Position numbers and translations under genes: made by a program. Below are positions 13,244-26,040 of a stretch of 64,000 nt of DNA, one piece after another. This DNA is from Chiloscyllium plagiosum (taxonomy: Eukaryota): assembly GCF_004010195.1 (NCBI RefSeq), contig NC_057720.1, positions 24,550,746 through 24,614,745 of the forward strand, given 5' to 3'. The notes under the pieces are model-generated. The model was not told the DNA's origin, searched no databases, and saw nothing but the letters and a program-made list of their open reading frames with translations. Each line of letters starts with the position of its first letter. Within the stretch, counting starts at the first letter, position 1.

Positions 13244-14309
13244 CAGAGGAACCTCGATTATCCGAAGGCAATGGGCGGGCAGTTTTTGTTCAGATAATTG
13301 ATTATTTGGATAATTGATTTGACCTTAAACAAAGGAAGCCATATTGAGCGTAATTGCATTAAAAAGCATGTTTACAGTTTTTTTCATTCAAACACTAAAA
13401 TTTGTAGAAACACTGAATATTGCTTAAAAATTCATGATATTTTGCAAATCACAGCACCTTTTATGTAAATAAAATTAATTGAGGTGGAGGTCAGTTATTA
13501 TTTTTCAAAGAAAATATCTAGCCGCTGTTGCATGAGGTGCTGTTGTCTTTTTTTTTGCAAACATTTAACAAAGATGCATCAATTTAACTTCATTGACTTC
13601 GCCTTGTGCTTCATACCACTCCAGGAAAAGTCACAAACTGTCGATAGCTTCGTTAATGGGGACTGCAGGCGATGCTGGTATCTGATTTTCCTTACCATCC
13701 ATGGGCAGTCTGTACTTTCCTGTTGTTCTTCCATGACTACGTTGATAATCCGATCAGTGCTGAGTGTCTCTGTTCTGATGTCGATAAATTTCTCAATCGC
13801 TGGTCTTGTTTCCTGATGTCAGACACTGGTGCTATCCCAGTGTTGTACTCTTGTGTAATCTTTGATGCTTTTTCACCTCGATCCAGACGCTGTAAAATCT
13901 TGCTTTTATGTTCAATTGTCACTGCTGTCCACTTTCTCTTCACAGACATAGTAAGTATAACAATTTGTTCACTTATAACAGACACATACTTGGAACAAAG
14001 TCATAGAGGGAATGAAGCCACCACTGATTTTGTCATGCATTTAAATCCTTCAGCATGTCAGTCATTTTTATGAGTTAAATTTATTTTAACACTGATACAA
14101 TTGACTGGCTGAGATTGCTGTATCAGAGTCATTAACATATCCTTTTGCAATGTTTGCACATCTTCAGTGTAGGCAATCCAAATTCATTTTTACTCATTTT
14201 AAGATGAGATGGTCGCACCATTGCTGTAACGGTTTTATCGGACCTTCAGATCTTGTTTGGATAATCCAATTTTCGGATAATTGATGTTCGGATAATCAAG
14301 GTTCCTCTG
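13244..14309 (-). mobile_element. Internally deleted Tigger/pogo (Tc1-mariner) DNA transposon
   Basis: TIRs CAGAGGAACCTCGATTATCCGAA / TTCGGATAATCAAGGTTCCTCTG, with TA on both sides (13242-13243, 14310-14311). Minus ORF MSVKRKWTAVTIEHKSKILQRLDRGEKASKITQEYNTGIAPVSDIRK resembles a CENP-B/psq HTH. Confidence 0.92.
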
Positions 14310-15868
14310 TACAACTTCCCTGGCCAACAAATCCAAGAATGGGACTTGAACCCAAAGTTAGATCCAAGGACTCTACCTATTTCTTAAGTAGGCTCACAAA
14401 AACAAATACTGTGGATGCTGGAAATTTTAAATACAAAAAACAGATAATGTTGGAAATCATTTTGGATTTTGTCTCAAATAGACCTGGTATGCCCTCTCCA
14501 TGAAAATTTCAAAACCCCACTTCCAATATTGAAATTCAGCACCAGCTTCTCACCAGAAGGTCCTGAGAATTGTTGATGCCATGGCAGCAAAATCAGGCAC
14601 CTCTCTTTTGCCTTACCATTTACATCTCATGATGGACAAGGGCTGTCTGATGTGGTTGGGGGAAAAGGTTCGGATTGAAATCATTCCGGGTGATGTGATA
14701 GTGACAGCAAAAGAGTCACATTAGTTCCTGTGAGCCCAAGGGAAGATTGAGATTGAGTCAGGTCAAACCAGTCCACCTAAGGTGCTGTTTTCTAATGTAG
14801 GAATGAGAATTTGGTGAACCTGGGTTTGCTTCGTATGACAAAATGGCAGGTCAGGCTGGGGTGGAAACTGGTCCTCATTATGCCAAAGTTCCTGGCAGAA
14901 TACAGAGGCAAAAAGGTACAATTCCAGGCTGCCAACAGTCCACACTGACATATTGAGAAAAGTGGCTGCCTTGGCATCTCCAGCACCCAGCACATGTGTG
15001 ATAACAGGAATCCAATGGCTATCCTGTAGCCACTACTCTCCAGGATATCTGCAATGCATCAATTCTGGCCTCGTGCTTCTTGGATTTTAACTGCTCCACT
15101 ACTGATGGCTTGCCAAGGTCCCAAGTTCTGGAATATCCTTCATAAACATCTCTGCCTCTTTACTTCACTTTCTTCCTTCAAAATATCCCTTTAAAAGTTA
15201 TCTCTTTGACTAATCTTGTGTCCAACTGTCCTAACAGTGTCCAATTTTGCCTCACTGTATTGTGAAGCACCTTGAAAAATTTTAATGCACTGAAGATACT
15301 ACATAGGTTGCTGCTGTACCCCTGCCACACATTCACCTGCCTGCGCTGGAGCTGGCACTGGGCAAACAATGCTCAGAATTACTTACATGCAGCCTAACTG
15401 CAACAGGCCTTTGTTACTTTACTGAGGAGCTGAGAGTTGTTGGAACATTCCTCCCAGGGCTGCTGCACTCCTGTGGACCGCATGTGGCCAGCCCAGTGAA
15501 CACTCTTGCCCCATTCCTGCTCTCCTCCTTTCCTCACACGATTTATCCAGAAGCCAAGGCCAATGAGACATCTGCACCAAAGTAGAGATTCCTAAACCGG
15601 GCAGCTGAGTCTAGAGGAGTCCACAGGAGTCCACAGCTCACTGCAAATATTGAAATAAGGGCATAGATGTAATTATATAGGAGGTATGGACTTTTGACTT
15701 CGAGAAAGCATTACCCATTCTACGTCTGAAAATGGGAAAATCAAAACTTGAGTTTCTATGTAAGAATTCATTCAGTCTGACTCAATGTATAAGTCCAAGG
15801 CTCAGGTCGTACAGAACTCTAATCTACTTTTGATATTACGAGAACACTGATTACTGGATGACACTCAC

Positions 15869-15936
15869 CTGAATAATTTTATATAAAAATGCAAAAACTA
15901 GCACTGCGTTTGCATTTTTCTTTGTCACTGCTACCA
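15869..15936 (-). CDS. ap1m: AP-1 mu coding exon 3 (LVAVTKKNANAVLVFAFLYKIIQ)
   Basis: 68 nt. The phase-1 start completes the T|TG Leu codon from exon 2. Acceptor ...caccaag, donor CAG|gtgagt. Confidence 0.95.
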
Positions 15937-16531
15937 CTTGGTGTTCAAGGTTAAAGAACTTAAATTGCAGAACCACATTATACAATTATAATACTTAATT
16001 GACCAGTCTATTAAACCAAATGAAAAATGCCAAAAGTAATTGCAGCAGCACCTGATTCAGAACTTGATTTAATTCACTTTGCAATATTCTTTAGATGATA
16101 CAGTTTATACATTTTGGGATTTATTTTGAGTTTTCTGTTAAATTCATATACTAAGGCAAATATATTCCATAATAAAGAGTGAGAAATTATTGGAGCTAAC
16201 TGAACATTTAAATTCAAATATGTTTTTTATGTCTGCCATTTTAAACACAAGTATTATTTGACTCCAATGTCAAATTAGCAGCCAGAGAAAAACAGCGAGT
16301 AAAGCATTATCCACTGATATGGTCAACTGCAATGTTTGGTCAGCACAATTAAAAAAATATTTTTGATTTATGAATTAAATTCAAAATTTAATATCCCGGT
16401 CTTTAATCTCGTATAGGTACTTACAAGTTAAACAGCTGGTTGAATCCTTGCCAACCACCCCTGATTCAAATGCACCCCAATTTGGAAGATTCATTGCCTG
16501 GATCTAATAGGCCTATATGTACAAAAACACA

Positions 16532-17384
16532 GGAAGACAGTGAGGTCTGCAGATGCTGGAGATCAGAGTCGAGAATGTGTTGCTGAAAAAGCACAGCAGG
16601 TCAGGCAGTGTGGGATATAGGTGAATTAATGTTATTTCTGCAAATTATAAGTTCTGATAGAGAGTAAATGAATTCACATTAGTCTATGATTGTTTCTCAG
16701 CTAAGAGCTGAGTTAATAAGAATGGGAACTACATAGAGGAAGTATATAATCCGTTAAAAATGATATGTCAGCATGAGACGTGATTACAAAACAATGGTAG
16801 AAATACAGGCACTAGATAAAATGCTGTGAAAAGAGGCCTTTATAAACATCTGTTTCCCACTTGTACAGAGACACAGGAACAAACCCCAATAAAAAGGGCT
16901 TAGTGATAAGATGCTGTGAGGGGCAGCGCAGATGGAGGCAGCAGATAATGGTAAGCAAAGGATGGGATGACGTCAAACAACCTTATGGGGGCCAGAGATA
17001 GGCATTTGTCACGGACAAGACCGGATAAACAGAAGTTGTGGGATCAGTCTTTAGGAAATGAATGACGTAAGTGGAGGATGGGGGCAAACAATGAAATAAG
17101 AAAAAATATGGGGATTCAAACTGTATAAATTTCGAGAGTTTGTTGGATTTGATGTGTATTTGTCATTGTCTTACCTGGCATTAGACATTGCGCCCACTTG
17201 CAAGTGTACAAATAAACGACACTGTTTCAGATTTTTGGTCTCGGACTGAAATTATTGAAGTAAGTGAGATTTTGTTTCTCACAGGCAGCAGCTGAAGAGC
17301 AGGCTGCGGCCTGAAACGTCGATTCTCCTGCTCCTTGGATGCTGCCTGACCTGCTGTGCTTTTCCAGCAACACACTCTCGACTC
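16532..17384. mobile_element. Palindromic PLE-derived unit split by a solo LTR
   Basis: Left arm (about 16565-16608) is the near reverse complement of the right arm (about 17342-17386). Flanks are tgtacaaaaacaca (16518-16531) and tgtacaaaaataca (17385-17398). Confidence 0.8.
16609..17283 (+). mobile_element. Solo LTR (675 bp) with 5-bp TSD
   Basis: Termini TGTGGGA...TCTCACA, GGCAG duplicated (16604-16608, 17284-17288), TATAAA at 17124, AATAAA at 17211, TGACGTCA at 16968. Confidence 0.88.
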
Positions 17385-17891
17385 TGTACAAAAATACAAC
17401 TGACTCTCCAGCTGCATACCATTGTGTAGTGGCAGCAGTAATTCCAACTGCCCCACTGCTATATACTGCCATATCCTGCCTCCTCTTCTAGTTACAGATT
17501 ACCATGGGATCTCTGGTTCCAGATGGGCACTGCTAATAGCATATCCATCCATTGTCCCCAGGTGAACAGCATATAAACTAGCTGAAAATCTTATCTAATA
17601 AAAACACTAAATATCCTCTGGCTAATCCTCCTGTGGGTAAGAAGATGCTATAACTTGCTTATCCTTAGAGGGCTGCAATACAAATTGACTCAGACTCCAC
17701 TCCAATTACTCGTTATCAGCGCAATCGACAGCGGCGGGGGGGGGGGGTTGCAAGTTATCAAAGATAAACCATGTTGGTAAACAGAGTAGGATTCCACAGT
17801 CCTCTTTGCTGAGGATACAGTAAATATCTCCCTCACACACTGCACTAAATCAATGGGCTACAAAAGAGTTTGCCACCACTTGAAAGGATAC

Positions 17892-18048
17892 AATACAAGT
17901 TGTTGTGCCTTATCCAGAGGAAATGAACATGTCCGTGGGTGAGGAACGGGGAACTCATCCCCTCATCCTCCTTCTGCATCAACATTGGTAGGAAGTAGTC
18001 AATTTCATTCATGTCTACATCACCCTTGTAGTTTCTGCATATTAGAAC
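17892..18048 (-). CDS. ap1m: AP-1 mu coding exon 2 (VLICRNYKGDVDMNEIDYFLPMLMQKEDEGMSSPFLTHGHVHFLWIRHNNLY)
   Basis: Acceptor tttttttgtcag, 157 nt open frame, longin-domain sequence of mu1, donor GTATCCTTT (U12 type). Confidence 0.95.
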
Positions 18049-19361
18049 CTGACAAAAAAAAACAAAGAAACCTTAAGAACTGTACATGTTATGACAAAAC
18101 GTATTTAACATCTGCAACAAATAAATTATAATTCAAGAGGGTCATGAAACAATAAAACACAGAGATTGTTTGATCCAGCATGCAAATATTGGCTTTGGAT
18201 TCTTTTTTCCCATTATTTCTGTATATGAAGAAAGAAAATGAAAACACATCTCTCCTTCCCCTGTCTATCAAGCCCTAATGTATTGAAAGACTCCAAGGTT
18301 TCCACCCCCAAGTCATTTCAAAGCCCACTCCACATGTCACAATTATAGGATAATGGCTAATGTCAATTCATGTCAGATATCCTAGTGCCATAACATGTAC
18401 CATACGTGGGGTTCAAGATTGTGAGCATAGAATACTTATTTGACCTTGATCAATGTGACCATATCATTGAGATTGATCAAAATGAGCTTGAATCATGACT
18501 TGGATCAAATAACCCCAGTGGAAGTCTAGTGTAGCTCATCAGAAATTCAGTCCTGACCCTAGACATATCATTTTGAATGAAGTTTATCATTGTTCATTCT
18601 TAAATGTCCATTTTAGAAAAAAAGTAAGCAAACATCCAAAATATAGACAGCAGGCTGCATTTCCAATCGATACAAGTTACACCTTTCCTCCACTGGATTC
18701 TCTGTGCTTCAAAAAAGAACCATTAAATATGGGAGGGGGGAAAGCAACATCATTGAGATCAGGGATCAACATGGGCAGTTCAACTATGTTATCATCTTTT
18801 TCTTAAAGAGAACTAGATCATTTTGTTAAACACACTGGGTAGAATTTAATGGCATCCCCTATAGTTGTGGGGAAGCATTTATTCAGGCCGGAGGGTGGTG
18901 GGAGGGGGATCTCCCCACAACCTTCCTGGTACTGTCTGATTTCTTCCTCAGTGCGAAGGTGCATGGATGGCAAACACACCCCATGCCAACTGAGGCCTTT
19001 AAGTGAGCAATTAAAGCTTCTGATATTTACCCATGTGAAAACCTTAAAGGCAAACCGAGACACATACAGGCTGTTGAAGAGGGAGGCATGTGGTCCCTCG
19101 TCAGATATTCCACTTCTGATTGACGGATTGAGTACCAGGAAGGACAGAGTCATGAAACCAAAACTGCTGACTCCTCACAGGATTTCCAACATCCTCAGAT
19201 AAGGGGTATGATAGTTCTGTCTCCAGTTTTCTGGAATAGTGCAGCTCCAATGACACACAAGAAACTTGACACCATCAAGAACAATATAACCCATTTGATT
19301 GACATTCCATCCATCACCTCAAACATTCAATCCTTCTGTTACAGGCATATACTCCAAACTT

Positions 19362-19662
19362 ATTAGATTACTTACAGTGTGGAAACAGGCTCTTCGGCCC
19401 AACAAATCCACACCGATCCGCCGAAGAGTACCCACCCAGACCCACTCCCCTACATTTACCCCTTCACCTAACACTACGGGCAATTTAGCATGGCCAATTC
19501 ACCTGACCTGCACATCTTGGGACTGTGGGAGGAAACCGGAGCACCCGGAAGAAACCCACGCAGACACGGGGAGAATGTGCAAACTCCACACAGAGACTCG
19601 CCTGAGGCGGGAATTGAACCCGGGTCTCTGGCGCTGTGAGGCAGCAGTGCTAACTACTGTGC
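19362..19662 (-). mobile_element. HE1-type V-SINE, nearly full length
   Basis: tRNA-like head with B box GGTTCAATTCC, V domain gagtttgcacattctccccgtgtctgcgtgggtttc, and a CR1-like tail. Confidence 0.9.
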
Positions 19663-19760
19663 ACTTATGATCTCTACCAGACAGATGGAAAAGAGCAGCT
19701 GTTCACAAGAAAACTGTTACTCCAAGTTCCTTCCAAATAATGCACTTATAAATAGATGGC

Positions 19761-19854
19761 CATTCCTTATGAAGGGCTTTTGCCAGAAATGTTGATTTTT
19801 CCTCTCCTTGGATGCTGCCTGACCTGCTGTGCTTTTCCAGCAACACTCTAATCT
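19761..19854 (+). mobile_element. Short PLE terminal unit with decayed hammerhead
   Basis: cattcCTTATGAagggcttttgccaGAAAtgtt plus the family tail gatgctgcctgacctgctgtgcttttccagca. Confidence 0.7.
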
Positions 19855-20367
19855 TAATTGCTTCATCATCACACAGCCAAAATCCTGCAAGTCACCGGTG
19901 CTGTGGAAACACCCACAATCAAAAGCACAGCAGAGGTTCAAGAGGTCAGCTTCATGGACTCAGAGGCACAGCCCATGTGTACATTTACGATAGGTAGATT
20001 TGTATCGGTTGGGGAATTAATGGTTATGGGGAGAAGATAGGAAAGTGGGTGCGAGGAATGCGGATCAGCCATGATCCCATTGAAAAGCGTATCAGGGTCA
20101 AGGGGCTGAATGGCCTTTTCCTGTTCCAATAATTGTCTTAAGAAGGTTCCCTACTATTTTGACAAGGGCAGTTAGACATGGCTAGAAAAGACTTGCCTTA
20201 CCAGCAATATCCATATTCTATATTAAAGACAGTACAGATGTAATCAGTTCTAATCTTTGTAATGACAGCCACAGAATTACCTTCAAGTGTGGTTACTGCA
20301 GTTATATGGTAAACAAGACAGGCAATGTGCACACAACTGCGCCTCAGCAAATGCATTTTTTCAAAAC

Positions 20368-20695
20368 ATTAGATTCACTACAGTATGGAAACAGGCCCTT
20401 CAGCCCAACAAGTCCACACTGACCTTCCGAAGAGTAACCCACCCAGATCCATTTCCCTACCCTATACTTACCTCTGACTAATGCACCTACCACTATGCGC
20501 AATTGAGCATGGCCAATTCACTTGACCTGCACATCTTTGGACTGTGGGAGGAAACCGGAGCACCCGGAGGAAACCCACGCAGACACAGGGAGAAAGTGCA
20601 AACTCCACACAGACAGTCACCTGAGGCTGGAATCAAATTCGGGATCCTGGCGTTGTGAGGCAGCAGTGCTAACCACTGAGCCACCGTGCTGCCCC
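20368..20695 (-). mobile_element. HE1-type V-SINE, full length
   Basis: Reverse complement starts ggggcagcacggtggctcagtggttagcac (A box), followed by the V domain and tail. Confidence 0.9.
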
Positions 20696-22092
20696 AAAAG
20701 GCCCCATTAAAAAACATAGATCCATTTCATGAGCTAAACTTTGTGAAACAAACACAACAAATAATATGATGGGAGGTAATGTTGAAGAACTGAATGAATA
20801 TAAGAGACACATACAATTTGCACTAGTATAGTAGGGATGCATTTCCCTGATGAAGCCAGAGAATTTAGCTTCAGTATTAATATGCCTTACTGCATCACTT
20901 ACTTGCGACTCTAACTTCGTGGGTTTCTGTGCATTCAGCCACTAATTTATTTAATCCTAGATCATTTTAATTAACAAACTCTTCTGGTTCATTTAATCTC
21001 TGCCTGGAACAAGCTCAGTTCTCTTTCAACCTTAGCTTTCGCTATTTCTACAGCTTTCACCAGTTATGCCATCCACTTTTATCAAACACATAGCAAACGT
21101 TGCAGTGGTATTAAAATTCATTTGTCAATTTTCTACCCACTTACTATTTTCTGTAACACCTTTTTATAATCACAGCCGTTTTCTCTAGATTGTGCCCAAA
21201 TACCCTTAATTTGAATAAATTTGTGACCATGGGGCTTTCAGTGTGAGATAATTATTGCAAATTAAAGGCAATGAAGATCTAATCAGTACTAATCTTTGTA
21301 ATGACAATTTCAAGTGTGGTTACTGCAGTTATATGGTGAACATGACAACAAATTTGTGCATAATTCAGTCCTACAAAAAGCAAAGAAGATGGATACCTGG
21401 TATTTAGTTTGGTAGTATTGAGGTATAAATATTAACTAGTTCATTAAGAAAATTGTCCACTTCAACTTTGAATAGTGCCATATGGTAAATGGACCCATTT
21501 ACAAACTGTTACACCTCACTGGGTAGCACAATGGATATCAAGCCCCACCATTCCTAAAGTCATTGCAAAAATTAAAAATTTTATCAAAGTTTGTACAAGT
21601 CCCCAAAATACCTGTCAGATAGACTCAGGTTAACAGAAAACACAGACCAGGTTTTTATACTTTGCAAGAGCTCCGATTTATTGCAAATAAGGAGATTCTA
21701 ACCACAGGTAAACAACTATGTGATGTCAGCATTTATTTCTATTAGAGAAAATGCTAACCTCCTTTGAAAACCCCCCCAACACATACATACAGACTGACAC
21801 AGACAGACAAAAAACATTGGCGTTATGGATGGAGGAGGAAAACATACCAGGGAATCAGTTCAGTTACGCTTGTCCTTTTGTTTCCCCAAGCCCTTTAGTT
21901 ATTGGAGCTTTTCCTTCGGGTTCTTTCACTTCACCAGATGCAGAGTAATTGGTTCGCAAATTATAAAGTCTCTGACGTGGTTAAAATCAATTGCTTAAAG
22001 TGAGGATTTGATAGGGTAAATGCAAAATGATTGCTTCTCTATGTGAGAAACCAGAGAATATAAACACAGACTAAGGGGTCTCACACTTAAGA

Positions 22093-22765
22093 CAGAGATG
22101 TACAGCATGGAAATGGACCCTTCTGTCCAACTTGTCCATGCCAACTGGATATCCCAACCTAATCTAGTCCCGTTTGCCAGCACTTGGCACATTTCCCTCT
22201 AAACCCTTCCTATTCATATACCCATCCAGGTGCCTTTTAAATGCGGCAAATGCACCAGCCTCTATCACTTCCTCTGGCACCTCAGTCCATACACACATCA
22301 CCTTCTGTGTGGAAAAAGTTGCCCCTTAGGTTCCTTTTATACCTTTCCCTTTTCACCTGAACTTGTGCCCTCTAGTTCTGGACTCCCTTATCCCAGGGAA
22401 GAGTTTTTGTCTAATTACCCTATCCATGCCCCTCTTGATTTTAAAAACCTCTATAAGGCCACCCCTCAGCCTCCAACGGTCCAGGGAAAGCAGCCCCAGC
22501 CAATTCAGCCTCTCCCAATAGCTCAGATCCTCCAACTCTGGCTCTCTCAGATGGTTGTGAATCTGTGGAATTCGTGACTGTAGAGGGCTCTTAAGGCTGG
22601 GTCATGAAGTATAATAAAGAGAGATATTTAATCAGTATGGGGATCAGGGTTATGGGGGAAAAGGCAAACAAGTGGAGTTGAGGATTATCAGTAGCTTGAT
22701 CTTGTTGAATGGTGGAGCAGAGTCAATGGATTGAATGGACAAATTCTGCTCCTATTTCGTATAGT
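22093..22765. mobile_element. Two adjacent CR1 3' fragments in opposite orientation (minus ~22093-22539, plus ~22540-22765)
   Basis: Minus ORF LSYWERLNWLGLLSLDRWRLRGGLIEVFKI; the plus part reads VVNLWNS and is followed by a 3' UTR. Confidence 0.8.
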
Positions 22766-22822
22766 TTCATGGTATAACTGGTCGAAGATGATAACTGGCT
22801 TTTACACACACACACACACACA

Positions 22823-23130
22823 ACGGTGGCTCAGTGGTTAGCCACTGTACTGGGTTCAAATCCAGTCTTGGGCGACTGTCTTTTTGGAGTTTGCACATTC
22901 TCCCCGTGTCTGCGAGAGTTTCCTCTGGGTTCCTCCCACAATCCAAACTTGTGCAGGTTAGGGGAATTGACCATACTAAATTGCTCATAGTTTTCAGAAA
23001 TGTGACGGTTAGGTGCATGAGTCTGGGTAAATGTAGGGGAGTGGGTCTGGGTTGGATACTCTTCAGAGGTTCAGTGTGGACCTATTGGGCCGAAGGCCTG
23101 TTTCTACACAGTTGGGATTCTAATTCTAAT
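22823..23130 (+). mobile_element. HE1-type V-SINE next to a (CA)n tract
   Basis: acggtggctcagtggttagc...gggttcaaatcc (A and B boxes), V domain, tail gattctaattctaat. Confidence 0.85.
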
Positions 23131-23976
23131 ACCATCTCCCTTCCAGCGCTCAGAGAGCTTCTCACTCCTATTGGTCATACCCCAAAGCTATTCAGTTACC
23201 AGTAAGCATTCAGAAAGTTTGTCTGGCTGATGACCTTTGACATCCACAACTAGTCACAATTCCACAAATCTACTTGTTGGCATGCAAATCTCACTTGTGT
23301 ACACATCTTAATGCTGGGCTTTCATCTCTTTGAGTTTCTCCCACTGCTTTTGAAGCAACAGAGTAAACATTTCTGACTATGTTTGAATAACATGTTTATT
23401 TTCAAAAGAACAGCAATTCTTTCCTCAGTCCTTTGTTGTAAAATAGTCCGTTTCCCAATTTGGTCCGCAATCAACATTAAAGCAAAATAAAAAAATGTGG
23501 CCTTTGCACAAACAAAAGCAACCTTCAACTCTTTCAGAGTCATGCTAAGCCTCGGCCTAGATCATATGTTTATATCCTGGAGTCATTCTTAAAACTTTCA
23601 ACCACATTTTTTTTTAGGACGCACCAGTGCAATAATATGAAACTGAACCTAAAATCTAAAGCTAATTTGGCTATTCCTTGTTATTATTAATTCTCTGTGG
23701 TATTTTAAGGCCATTTACATACGAAAAACAAAGAATTGAGCCCTGAATAACACAGGGTTAGTGCTTAGTGAAGTATAGCAGTTCCCAAACTTCAGAAACC
23801 AGGTAAAAATTAATTGTCTCAAACATACTGCTTCTAGATCTTGTGGTTTGTTTTTGCTCTAAATATCATTTCAATGGATGGATAATTTTTAATGCTATGC
23901 TTTTGACTATTCCCATAAGCTATTCTCAGTCTTATTACTTGGGCTGTTCTATTTGAATTTAATTGAGCTATTAAGA

Positions 23977-24060
23977 TGCTTTTATATTTAATGCTGGAAC
24001 TTACAGCACAGAAACAAGGTGCTTTTATATTTAATGCTGGAACTTACAGCACAGAAACAA
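23977..24060 (+). repeat. Perfect 41-bp direct duplication separated by 2 nt
   Basis: tgcttttatatttaatgctggaacttacagcacagaaacaa occurs at 23977 and 24020. Confidence 0.9.
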
Positions 24061-25009
24061 ACCATTCTACATAACTGTTCCCTGCAATCTCTATGACTCT
24101 ACATGAATAGGAAGGGTTTGGAGGGATATGGGCCAGGTGCTGGCAGGTGGGACTAGATTGGGTCGGCATGGACGGGTTGGACCGAGGGGTCTGCTTCCAT
24201 GCTGTACATTTCTATGACCCTAACTGTTTATGTTCTATACAAGCCTCCACCTACTCCAGTTGCTTATTACCTGCATAATGCTATGTACTTTTATTCCTCA
24301 CATCTACCTTAACTACTAAGTGGCAGTATGTTGTGTCAAGAGTTTCTTCCTAAATTCTGTATTTCACCTGCATTAGGAATCTCCATGCATTTTCCATAGT
24401 GATTCTTTCATCTATGATCCTTGTTCTGGACTTATTCACAAATGGAAACAGACATCACAACACTGGAATCATTTGCACTTCTTTATTTGGTGCTACAAGT
24501 ACCCTCAGACCTTTAAAATGGCATCCATGGAGCCACACACAATTTGGGAGTAAATTTGCACAATGTTCTATTAGTGGTGCAATGAATGGGCATGGAAATA
24601 AAAACACAGAACTGGCAGATCATGACATTAAACAGCAATTCAATACTGCAGCTAAATCCCTCAATTAACCTCATGCATATCTAAACAAGTGTTCTTGGCA
24701 GGGATCACAGAACCAGAAAATTGCTATGGTGCAGAAGTAGGCCATTTGGCCCATTAAGACTGCATTGGTTCTATTATCTCGTGCCTTTCCCCTTGACCCT
24801 TGCACATCATTTCTCTCCAAATGACCATGCAATGCCCTTTGAATGCCTCAATTGAACCCACCTCCACCGCATCTTCTACTACATTCCATATCTGAACTAC
24901 TCACATGTGAAGAAGCTTTTTATATGGGAATATTGTACTATGGGAACCAGAAGAGAATATTAGAGGTGCACAAAATATTTGGAGAGACAGGTAGCATGAG
25001 CATAAAGAA

Positions 25010-26040
25010 TGATAAATAGATAAACTCAGGAGGGAGAAAGCAAGAAATCTAATTCAGGATTACTGTGCATTTGTGTGAATGCATGGAGGATTGTTAATGA
25101 GCTTGAGGAGTTAATGGCTCAGATTACATTGTGGAAATAGCTGTGGTGATAACAGCTGGCTCAAAAAAGGGCACAACTGGTTGCTAAATATTCCTGGGTA
25201 CAAGGTGTCCAGAAAAGATAGAAAAGGGAGGAAAAGATAAGGGGTGGCAGTATTGGTTAAGGACAGCATTGCAGTCTGAACAAAGAACAAAGAAAATTTA
25301 CAGCCCAGGAACAGGCCCTTCGGCCGTCCAAGCCTGAGCCAATCCAAATCTACTGCCTAAACCTGTTGCCCAATTCCTAAGCATCTGTATCCCTCTGCTC
25401 CCCACCTACTCATGCAATTTTCCAGACGTATCTTAAATGAATCTACTGTGCCTGCCTCTACTACCTCTGCTGGCAACGCGTTCCAGGCACCTACCACCCA
25501 CTGTGTAAAGTACTTGCCGCATGTATCCCCCTTAGACTTTTCACCTCTCACCTTGAAAGCGTGACCTCTCGTTATTGAATCCTTCACCCTGGGAAAAAGC
25601 TTATCTCTATCTACCCTGTCTGTACACTTTATGATTTTGTAGCCCTCAATCAGGTCCCCCTTCAATCTCCTTTTTTCTAATGAAAACAAACCTAACCTAA
25701 TCAACCTCTCTTCATGGCTAGCACCTTCATACCAGGTAACATCCTCGTAAACCTTGTCTGTGAAAGAAAGCATCCCAGCAGGTTCAAGGACAGAATTAAA
25801 TTGGTTAGAGCTGAAGAACAAAAAAGGTTCAATTGCATTGGTTAGTGTTACCCATAGAATACCAATTAATGGGTAGGATGTAGAGGAACTAGAGAGAGAT
25901 GCTGATGATATAGAGTAATGATAATTCCGGATTTTAATTACCCAAATATAGACTGGCTTGCAGGTAGCTACAAACAGCAAGCATTTCGAGATTGTGCCTG
26001 GGAGAGTTTCTTACAGCAGTATGTGTTCAGTCCAACAAGA
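25010..26040 (+). mobile_element. Old CR1 endonuclease-region fragment interrupted by a younger CR1
   Basis: EN-like motifs (ctaaatattcctgggtac..., gattttaattacccaaatatagactgg) occur on both sides of the insertion. Confidence 0.65.
25279..25755 (-). mobile_element. CR1 3' fragment nested in CR1, possible 5-bp TSD
   Basis: ORF ERLIRLGLFSLEKRRLKGDLIE...WNALPAEVV, (aacaaag)n tail, and gtctg at 25274-25278 and 25756-25760. Confidence 0.85.

Larger units (their letters stand above)
15937..17891 (-). other. U12-type (minor spliceosome) GT-AG intron, intron 2 of the AP-1 mu gene
   Basis: 5' splice site GTATCCTTT (17891-17883). Branch-like TTCTTTAAC (15958-15950) lies about 13 nt before an AAG acceptor, and there is no polypyrimidine tract. 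Confidence 0.9.

Noticed and set aside
20620..20695. tRNA-like sequences with A/B boxes
   Set aside because: They are SINE heads continuous with V domain and tail, not tRNA genes.
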